NCBI RefSeq assembly: GCF_009834535.1
Contig: NC_045711.1
Location: forward strand, 40,920,001 to 40,984,000
Length of the DNA stretch: 64,000 nt
Direction of reading: 5' to 3'
Source of the DNA: Camelus ferus
Taxonomy: Eukaryota
Part shown: positions 40,101-50,100 of the stretch, piece after piece
How positions within the stretch are numbered: the first letter of the stretch is position 1
Layout: the number at the start of each line of letters is the position of its first letter
Notes under the pieces: generated by a model
Told to the model about the DNA's origin: nothing
The model's input: only the letters and a program-made list of their open reading frames with translations
Database searches by the model: none
Made by a program: the position numbers and the translations under genes

Positions 40101-42716
40101 CTCTGAAAAGGGGCTCAATGTCCCCATTTTGCAGATCAAAGAACTGTCCCACCCAGTTCTCATCACCTGCCTCTGAAAAGGGGCTCAATGTCCCCATTTT
40201 GCAGCTCACAGATGAAGCAGCACCTACATATGTCTGATTCCACAGCTAAGATCAGTTCTACTACCCTGCATACAGAAGAAATGCTAGTGCAAGAAAAACT
40301 GTCCAGACAAGCATACCAAGGCTCTGGTCACTGCACAGCAGGCATGTGAAGCCTGCTGACCCTGTCCACTGCCCTCCCTCTCCTCCACCAATCCCTCTCC
40401 AGGTTGTTAGCACTCAAGGAACCTCTGGCACGCATCCTTCCGCCAACATGGCCTTGCTAACCCTAGCCAGGACCAGTCACACATGCCTGGCACAGCCCAG
40501 GCAGGGCAAGGGCTCACCCAGCAGGATTGAAGGCCCTCAGGCAGGGCATTTCTGGCAAGTCTGAGTCAGGTAGGTAGGAAGCAGGCAAGCATCAAGGCGG
40601 AAGCAAAGGCTCCCTGGGAGCCCTGTCCACCACGGCACTTTGCAGGACCTGGGCAGTCCATGGCTCAGGTGCTCAAAGAATTTCTAGCACCCACCTCCTC
40701 CCGACCTCACGACTACTACTGGCCATGCTGCCATTGCCAAGAAAAATACGTGCCCAGGCAGTGAGGAGGTGTGCCCGTGCCCACAAGGCAACCAGCCTTT
40801 CTGAAAAGACCTGAGTAATGGCCCAGGCAGGAGTGGGGAAAGAGGGTGGGCCATGAGGGAGAGGGTCTGCCTGGCGGCCTCAGGAATGTGCTGACTTAGT
40901 GGTTCTGGAGTCAGGGAAGGGACTGAGGCAAGTCCCCAGGCTTCAGGCAGATTAGCCTGGGCAGTTTGGGGCCCAGCCAGGACAAAGGTTCCCCCAGAGC
41001 TACGGGCACCCTAGGTGGAAGAGTGGGAGGGGCAGTGAGGAACAGAGCCTGTCCCACTACCTCCCTCCTCCCGGCCTCAGCAACAGAGCTCTCCGGCGCT
41101 AGCGGAGGGGGGAAGGCAGGGGCCCGAGACTGCTCCAGGCGGTGCAGTGGAGGCCCAGGCCCAGGGGAGAAGACAGGATGGGGGGAGGGGGCTGTGGGAG
41201 AGGAAGAGGGGATTTCCGGGAGGGGGAGGGGCAGAAGCAGCAGAGAGGGGCTGAGGGAGAGGGAAACGGGCCTGACAGCCCCCTCCCCCGCTCCTTCCCC
41301 GAGGCAGTCAGAGTGGGTCAGCTGAGGAGGGGGGCAGGCTCAGCTGGCTTCATCTGGAAACCAGAGGGCCGGGGAAGGGCACGGGAGAAGACAATGGGAC
41401 TGTGTGTCGGTAGGGGAGTCTGTGTACACAGAAGGGAGGAGGGTGAGGGAAAAGGAGGAGGGGGCAGCACAGCAGCTTGTGCAGGAGCATATGTGAGGGT
41501 AGGACCGGCCCAGGCTGCGGGGAACAGAAAACAAAGGACCTGCTGAGATTTCCGCCAGGCTCGGGGCTGCGGGAGACGGCGGGAGGGAGCACTAAAGGCA
41601 GGAGCCCCAAAAATGCTCTCCCTGCCTGCGCCCCGCGAACCCTCACAAACGGCCTCCTGACACATGGCAGTGGCTGACCCAGCCTTCCCGATGCTCTTGG
41701 AGCACGACCTCCCCAGGAGCCGGGGCTCCCTCTTCCTGCCTCCCCACACCTGGGACTGAGCAGGTCCCAGCGTGGGCAGGAGATTCAAAACACCGCAAGG
41801 CGCCCAAAACTCAACGGGTGCCCAAGAGCCAAGGGGTGACCTGGGTCGGGAGAGGGCAGGGGGCGTTGAGTCACACGCAGGGTGCGACCCCCTAACGATT
41901 TCTAGACCGCTCGCTCAAGACCTCCAGGGGCAGGGAAGGACACCCAAAGGGTTCCTACTGCAGTGGAGAGCTGTAGACTCGCAATCCTCCCTCTACCCTG
42001 CGACCACGAGCAGCCTGGGCTTAAACCCCAGTTAAGCCTTTAGGTAATCGTGTGACCCCGCGCCAGTCGCAGGCTTTCTTTGAATTTGAATCTCGTTTTC
42101 TCATCTGTGAAATGGGAGAACAATAGCTGCGGTTCTCGTAACTTCCGAATAATCAGAAGAGCTTAGGTAGCTGAAAATTCCGGAGGCTTAAGGTGCTGCG
42201 CGAAACAGGATTTTGTCCTCTTCCCAGAAGAATTCAAAGTTCAAGGCTGAGGCCGCTCTGGCTCTCAGGTGAGGGGGAAGGGCCGGCCACGGGTCAGGAA
42301 GACCCGTGCTTTCCCACCTCGACCCCGCAGGAAGGCAGGGAATTGTTCCCACCTGGGGCGGACGCCAATAGCACGCGGGACCCTACGGATTAGAGCGTGG
42401 GGTCCTCCCTCAGGGGGCCTGACGTCCCCGCCGCCTCGTGACGTCACGCTGGGCGCCCCTGAGATCACCGGGCTGCAGCGCAGACAAAGAGCCGTGGTGC
42501 CTCTGGCCTCGACCCTCCCCCGGCGGCGTGCCCTATCCCCCACCCGCCGTCCCCCGCTCCCCCCGGGCCGCACCTGAGGAATTCCTGCAGGCAGGTGTCG
42601 CAGAAGCGGTGGCCGCAGGTAGAAACCTGCACGGGCTCGCGCATGGGCTTCCCGCACAGCGGGCACAGCAGCCGCCGCTTGGGCTTCTCCAGGAACTTGT
42701 AGTCGAAGCCGGGCAT
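37164..42716 (-). CDS. TRAF4: TNF receptor-associated factor 4 (RING, TRAF zinc fingers, MATH domain), 470 aa, 7 exons
   Basis: Exons 42716-42574, 39520-39469, 38890-38786, 38711-38550, 38460-38299, 38213-38058, 37796-37164. All GT-AG, phases consistent, total 1413 nt. MPGFDYKFLEKPKRRLLCPLC...ASVELPRKILS. Confidence 0.99.
40077..40204. repeat. direct duplication, 58-bp identical units with 70-bp period, TRAF4 intron 1
   Basis: TCCCACCCAGTTCTCATCACCTGCC...CCCCATTTTGCAG at 40077 and 40147; spacer ATCAAAGAACTG. Confidence 0.95.
41208..41217 (+). promoter_or_regulatory. candidate NF-kB site in TRAF4 intron 1
   Basis: GGGGATTTCC matches GGGRNWYYCC. Motif only. Confidence 0.3.
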
Positions 42717-43330
42717 GGCGGGCGGGCACGGGCGAGCGGGGCCGGGCGCGCAGCGGCCCCACAGCCCGCGCCTCGCTCGGGCCGCGATCCCGGGTCCGGG
42801 CGGCGCCGACTGGCGGCCGCGGCCTGCGCCCAGTTCTTGAGTCCGCCCGCCGGAAGAGGGGGCGGGGCTGCGCTCGCGCGGTCCTAGTGCCCGCCGCGCC
42901 CGGCTCCCCACCCGCCCTGCGAGCCGGAGACTTTGGGGTCCGCGCTCCGCCAGGCTCGGCTCCCCCTCGAAGCAGGGGCTCCTCTTTCCCCTCAGGAAGA
43001 AAAATCGAGGCTCTGCTTCTCCCCAGAGCTCGGGCTGGGGCTCTGACCCTGGCTGAGGCGGAGGGCCTCGGAGGACATGACGGGACGGGCCGGGCCGAGC
43101 TACAAAGATTCTTTTCTCCGGAGTCAATAGCTCAGTCTCAGGGGCCACGTGTCGCCCAGGGGCCCGGGGCTCCAGCTTCCAGGTGCTAGGCAGCCGAAGC
43201 CTGGCAATCAGATCCGGGGAGCCCAGCTGGGCGGGGAGGCCGAGCTGGGCGCTGGGCCAGGGGAACCTGGGCTCCAGCCTAAGGCTGCGCCCACATTCCT
43301 CCCTCGACCGCGGCCCTGCAGCCCTGATCG
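41550..43330 (-). promoter_or_regulatory. TRAF4 CpG island / promoter
   Basis: CpG-dense block around exon 1. GC box near 42860-42868, palindromic CRE 42437-42448, AP-1 TGAGTCA 41867-41873. Confidence 0.8.
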
Positions 43331-43403
43331 AGCCCAACCCAGCCCTGGGGTGGCCGCCACCCCCACCCCTGAAGAGACCCACACTCTAGGCAGGCAGCTG
43401 ATT

Positions 43404-43409
43404 TTTATT
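43404..43409 (-). terminator. probable NEK8 poly(A) signal AATAAA
   Basis: The only canonical TTTATT I found between the NEK8 stop (44126) and the TRAF4 CpG island. Confidence 0.6.
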
Positions 43410-43688
43410 GGCGCTACTTTCCAGTCATCTGGGAAGCTGGTCTGGTCCAGCCAGCTAACCTTTCTCCCAACCTGCTTTGGGGGAATGGCGTGGGGTGAGG
43501 GGCAACCTTACGGCAGGAATCCCCTCTGCAGTCCACTGCAACCCATGCAGTCCCGCAAGGGAAGGGAGGCACTCAGAAATTGTGCAAATCCCTGCCTCAG
43601 GATATAAGAGTGGGGGCGGGTGGCAGCACTCCTGGGACCTCCTTGCCTCAGGCCAATGCAGGGGCTAGGCCTCCGGAATGGCCAGTCC

Positions 43689-43708
43689 AGGCAGGCCCTG
43701 GCTTGCCC
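43689..43708 (-). promoter_or_regulatory. p53 response element upstream of TRAF4, inside the NEK8 3' UTR
   Basis: Minus strand GGGCAAGCCA GGGCCTGCCT: two RRRCWWGYYY half-sites, zero spacer, one mismatch each, about 0.98 kb upstream of the TRAF4 ATG. TRAF4 is an established p53 target. Confidence 0.75.
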
Positions 43709-44125
43709 TGCTCCAAAGCACTGAGCTGCTCTCCCAGTAGACAGCAAGGACTTATTTTCTAACTGGACTAGGGGAAGGGGCAGGGTCTGGGTAGAGCCAC
43801 AGCTACCGCCAGCCTTTCTCTGCAGAGGCTCTGGAGACCACCCTGCTTCCAAAGGTTAACATCTGGCTTCCAACTCTAGCCAGGCTGAACCCTGAGGACG
43901 CTGACTAAAAAGAAAGGGTGGGAAGGGAAAAGAGGGATGCTAAGGGAATAGGGAGGGTTGAGTTTTACACATCCAGGGCAAAATGTGGAGCAGAGGCTTT
44001 ACTGGTTCTTATACTCCACTGATGATACAATCCAGGGGGATGGTCATGCCTGAGGCACCTGCGCTTTTCAAGAACAAGCAGAGGAGAAGCAATATCAGGG
44101 TAGTCCAGAGGTGTATCCAAGTGCC

Positions 44126-47100
44126 TTAGGGTGGGACTGGCTCATCTGTGACGGCTGGAGAATACAAATGAGAAATCCCTGCAGCTTCCCAGAGGGCAGT
44201 GCCCCCAGCAAGACTCAACTACCTCAGTTCCCACACGGGGCCCTAGACTCTGGATCCTGCCAGGCCAGAAACAGAGGTTCACACTAAACTGAACTTGAGA
44301 GTTGGAGAAGAAAGAATGCATTTGGGCCCTGGTGAGCAGTGGAGGCAGCCCTTCAGTGAGGCTCAAGAAGCACCCACCCTTGTCCACCCCAGGGGCTCAC
44401 TTTTGCCCCACAGTTTTTGCTTTCTGGGGGCTGAAGATGGTTTTAGTAATTTGGGCTGTGACCACTGAAGATGGGAGTGCAGACAGAGGCCAGCTGGATT
44501 AACCCTTGTGTGGGTGAGGGCGAAGTTATAACTCACGGCGAACAGCTAGGAGAGTGTTTCCATGGCAACAGGACACAGAAGTCACTGTGTAGGGGTGTGT
44601 CTCATCCAGCTGCACTAGCCTCGGGAGTCCAGCATCCTCATCCCTCCTTCCCAGTCGACCTCGGGCCCCTTTGCCCCAAGAGTACACTTCACTTTCTGCC
44701 AAAGAGAATCCCAAGGAGGGAAATGGGAGAAGGACATAGGTTAGTAAGTAGCTATCCTCCTAGACTGCCATACTGGCCCCAACATGAGGTTGCTGAGTTC
44801 AGCAGCCCTGAGCATCACCCACCATTGCCCATGGGCCTGCGCATGCTCCTATCTGCCCCCATAGTGCCCACTAATCACCTGCCCCAATGGCTACAGTGAA
44901 GGCATCCCCACAGGCCACCATCGCTATCTTGATGCCCTGGAGGCCCTGGACTTGACAAGGGGCCCGGCTGACCCGGCGAGCGTTGGTACCCAACTGCCCA
45001 TGCTGATTGCTGCCGAAAGTGTAGCAGTCACCAGAGGCTATAGGGGAAGAGGAAAAGAAGAAAAGGGTGCCTCAACTGAGGACCCAAGGAAGCCAGGAAA
45101 TTCCACCTCTGACCTGTGCCCACGTCCTGCTCACCAGTTATAGCAGCTGAATGAGCAGTGCCCAGGTCCATGCTCAGCAGGGGCTCCTGGTCCAGGGGTG
45201 CAGAACCTAGTGGTGTGAAGCTTAGGGCCTCCTCCACTTGCTGGTGGGGAGCAGGTTCCTCCCCCAGGGAGAGGTGGTCCAAACCCAGCTTATTGAACCT
45301 GAGGACAGAGCCAGAAGCCAAGTCCAGTTTATACAGACTGTCCTCGCCCCTACTTATCTGAGCAGGAGCTTGTGCACCAGGGGACAAATCCCACCTTGGG
45401 TTGAACCCAGCACCCTCAACCCCTCCTCAGTTCTTATCCCTGATGGGAGGTAGGCAATGACTGAGCACTGGCAGCTGGGGAGGGCGGGGCAGGCTGCTCA
45501 TCAACATGCATCTACTTACCTGTTGCTCCCACAGGCCAGGGCTCGGCCAGGCACAGTGAGGATCATGGAGGAGTCAATACCACATACAACCCGCTGTGCT
45601 TCCTGCCCTGGGGGCATGGGTACCTGCTGGGGACAGCTGTGGGACTCCCTGGTGCCCAGTCCCAGCCGGCCTACAAGGAGAAACCAGGATGGGACTAGAC
45701 TGAGCTTTAGGGTTGGTGATGCCAGGATAAGAAGGACCCATGGAGAGGAAGTAACAGCATGAGTGAAGGCTGTTCCTCAGACTGAAATGCCCATCCTTGG
45801 CCCCTCCATGAGTCGAAATCCTACTCCTCCTTTAAGGCCCTGTTTAGATGCCACATCTGTCTCCTCCAGGTGGAGCTCCTTGCCATTCCTTGGGTTCCCA
45901 CACCTCTGGACCTTGTGGGGAGGCCTGCTGCTGTCTGTCCTCTATCATGATGGGGAATTGTCATCCCTCCTCCATCTAGAATCAGTCCTCTAGGAGGAGA
46001 GGAACCCCATCTAAGTCATCTCTATTTTCAATGCCCAGCCTGATTCCTGACCCAGAGAGGTCCACAACAGATACTGCTGGACGAGTCAAATCCCTCTCAT
46101 TACATCATGAGTACCTGAAGGAAAAGACATCTTGTTTATCTTGTCTCAGCACCCAGCACAGAGTGGGCACATAATGGGTGTGCAATAAAGGTTTCTTGAG
46201 TTAATAAATGAATGGAATTAGAGTGAAAAGAGGGAAGAGAGAATGGGCCATGGGGTAGAAGATGGCTGTGAAGAAGAACAAATTGTGGCTGAGGGGTACT
46301 GTGTGATGGAGCCAGAGGCTGAAACAGAGTGAAAGCTTACCACCATCTCCGCGGCCCCAGGCAAACAGTTCTCTCTCAGTGGACAGGGCCAGCACGTGAG
46401 AGGCCCCACAGGCCACCTGCACCATCTCATAGCCCAGCAGGGCCTCCACAATGGTGGGCTAGAAAGAGAGGAAGCAAGGGTAGACTGTGGGCAAGGGGCC
46501 TGGAGTAGCCACCTGGCCTCAACATCCCCTGTAGGGATGAAGTTGAAGGCTGCAAAGTCTCAGGAAGGTGGCTGTCTCTTTAAATCCCCCCTACCCACCA
46601 CTGCAACCAGTGAGGAAGCCTGGTCTTTCTGTACTTCCCCCGATGCTGCCCAGAACAGGTGCAGCCTGGGAGCTAGAGGGACCTGTGGCTGCTGGGTATT
46701 CCCCTGACCTCGGTGTCAGCTCTCAGATGTGGGCTCCTTGCCATCTCCCCACTTCCTCCTCCCCAACGTACACGCAGCACCCACCTGACTGATGTCATTG
46801 AGGCTGCCATGGCCTAGGCACCCGTTGCTGCCACTGCCAAAGGTCATGATGATGCCTCGGTCTAGAGAGGGGGACAGTGAGGAAAGGGAAAGAAGAGAGG
46901 AAGAAGAGAGGTTAGATTGTTTCCAGACAGACCAGAGCAACCTTGGGCTGGAGGAGCAAGAAAAGTTAATTGCAGGCGAGGGCTGGAAGAATGGGAACGG
47001 GGAGAAAGGGACAGGGGTCTTTCTTCCCAAGTGACAGCCTCTGAGCTTTAGTTTCCAGGATCTGTCAAATGGGGATAATGTGACTGCTTTGCCAGGCCTG

Positions 47101-50100
47101 CTGTGAAGCTAAAGAAGAATGTGCAAGTAGAGCACCCCTGGTGGACAGACGCATTATTAAGTGAGTAGTTTGCAAACGACGGGCAACGAGGAAAGTTGCT
47201 CTGGAAGGCCTTCTTATAGCGGGGTCTCCACAGGGTAGTCCCCTGACTGGCTCACCAGTTAGGCAGGCTGTGAAGAGGTCCCCACAGGCCACATGCTTGA
47301 TGGTCACACCTGACTGGCCCTCCAGGAAACGGGAGACGAACTGGGGATGCTGCTCAACTGCTCCCGGAAGGAGGGAGCCCCCTGCGGCGCCTAGGGGCGG
47401 GGCCTGCGAGGGGAGACGAGAGGGCGTGGCCGGCGCCTGTGCGCCCGGCTCCTGACACGCCGCCCCCAGCCCCCGGCCCCAGACCCGCGTCCCCCTCCCT
47501 CCAGGCACACTCCAGCCGGCTCACCTCCCACAGGATGAGGCGCCCAGAGCGCGTGACGCCGGCCTTCTGCGTGCGCCCGGCTGCCACCTGGACCACCTCT
47601 GTGTTGAGCATTGGCAGCCGCAGGGGCGCGCTGAGCCCACCGCCCCACGCGTACACCAACGACAGCGGCGGCGGAATGGCAGGCCGTGTGGGTCCCCGAG
47701 GGACGCCTGCAGGGACAGCTCATCAGGCCTTTTAAACTGATGGGAATGCCATAGCGTCCTTGGGAACCCGGGCGGTCGTCCCGACTTACCTCTGCAACGG
47801 GCGCTGGTGGTCCTGTTCCCTGTGCTGCCAGGGGCCATCGGTGGCCCGGTGGCTAGGGACTTTTCTGCCCTGCGGGACAGATGGGGACCTCAGGACAAGG
47901 ACCCTCCTTGGCATTCCCACACGCAGCAATGGAGGGCTTGCCATGCGCGCCCCTCTGCCCCAGGCCTACTATGCTCCCCACCCTGCTGCTGCCCAGGGCC
48001 CCCTTCCCTGCTCCCTGCACCGGCCTCCGCATGCGGACGCTGCCCAGGTCGGTGTGGAGGTTGAGGAGCGCACGGATGCAGAGGGGCTGTGCCATGATGT
48101 GGCTGAGCGGTGGCCGCTGTGCGGGCTCCAGGCTGAGCAGACTCAGAACCAGCTGGCGAAGCTCAGGGCTGTACCGGTCAGAGATGGGCGCAAAGGTGCC
48201 ACTCATGATCTTCAGCACCAGCGCTGGCAGGTTCTGTGAAGGCACCAATGTGGGACTGGCCAGAACCTCAGGCCAGGCTCTTAAACAGTAGCACCCCCAG
48301 CTCCAGCCCCTAGCCTTGGGTGGTCATAGCCCTGCAGTCAGAAGCCTTTTCTAGTGAGGGGATTCCCAGGAAGACAGGGAAGCCAAACCCTGCTTTTAAG
48401 AACCTGATAGGGGAGCTGCAGCTATGTCCTCAGAAATCCCAGGTTGTTGGGAGAACTCAAGTCTTGCCCTTCAGAGGTCCCTAATCTGATGGGAGGGCCC
48501 TGCCCTCGGGAGCCCTCAGTTTAATGGGGGGACCCAACGCCCACCATCAGGAACCCATAGTCTGAGGGAAGCCACAGACCCGGCGTGGGGTAACCCACTA
48601 ATCTGATAAGAGAGAGATAACTCAGCCACAGAAGAAACACAGAAGTGGTTGGTGCCAAGCACTTCAGGGGGGAGGAGCTAGAGGTAGAGATTTCCCAGTT
48701 GTCTCCTTGGTGAAGCTTACTCACCGCAGCCTCAAAGGCCCTCTTAAGGCTGGCGAGCTCATAGAGGACACAGCCCAGGGCCCAGATGTCACTCTTCTGG
48801 TTGTAGGGCTTGCCCTCACACAGTTCAGGGGAGATGTAGCAAGGAGTACCCACCACCTGCAGGAGGGAAGCTAGTATTTCAGCCTGGAGGTGGGAGGACC
48901 AAGGCTCTGCCCACAAGCCTACTTAGAGATAGATTCTCCCTAAAGCAGACAAAAGTGCTTCCTTCTGCAGCCAGGAGCTAAGGGGCCAAGGTCCTGGGGG
49001 TGGGAATGAGGTGAGGATAGGGATGTAGAGTGGGCCTCAGCCCTCAAAACCTCCAGCACCGTTACGGTCCCCTCCATGCCCAGGCACCGTATAGGCCTTG
49101 CTCTTGCTGCTAAGGATCTTGGAGATGCCGAAGTCACCGATCTTGACGACCATGCGGTGTTTGTCTAGAAGGATGTTTTGGGTCTTGAGGTCCCGGTGCA
49201 GGATAAGGTGGGTGTGTACATGATGCAGCGCCAGCAGAATCTGCACAAAGAAGTGCAGGATGGTCTCCTCCTCCAAAAGGGAATTACAACGCTTCTGGAT
49301 GAACTCAGCCAGGGTGCCACCTGCAGTCACAAGAGACTAGTTAAGATCGAGGTTTTCCATGCCTAAGACTCTCCTTTATATGAAATCAAAGGCCCAGACA
49401 GGGCAAGGCCCTACTAGTGACACACAACTGGGGTCGGAACTCTATACCTCTGACCCTCAGCCAAGCCCATTCCAAGCTGATCAGTGCCTGCCCGTCCCAG
49501 AGGTGCAGCCAGGCCAGTGCAAGGAGGCTGGCCTACCTGGTGCATATTCCATGGCGATCATGAGGGCTTTGTCCTCCAGGAAGTTCTCGTAGTACTCAAT
49601 GACATTGGGGTGGTTGAGCAGCTTGAGGACCTGGCACTCGTTCTGGGCTGCCTGCCGCTCTTCTTTGGTCATTTGCTCCACTGGGATCTGCTTGATGATT
49701 ACCAGCTTCTGGTCAGCCTTGCGCAGGCACAGGTGCACGATCCTGAGGACAGAGAGTATAGTAGTGGGTACCAGCTGAGCCTCCAACCACCTATCAGGCA
49801 GGGCAGACCTGGTGACTGGGTTTTCCTTAGGAGAGGGCAATGGGCACCTAAACTAAGAGGTCATCTAAGTAAGTGCACAGAACGCTGAGTTTAGGAATGA
49901 GGAGAACTGACCACAAATTGTGTGACACTTTGGGCAAGTCATTTAACTCATCTGGGACTGTTTCACCCCAGGCACAATGAGGTAAAGTTGTTTTGGGCTC
50001 TGTAAGTCCCCACAGACTCTGGATTTAACTGCCTGGGTTCACATCCTGACTCCTCCTGTTACTAGTTATCTGGTCTTAAATTATGTAGCCTCAGGATCTG

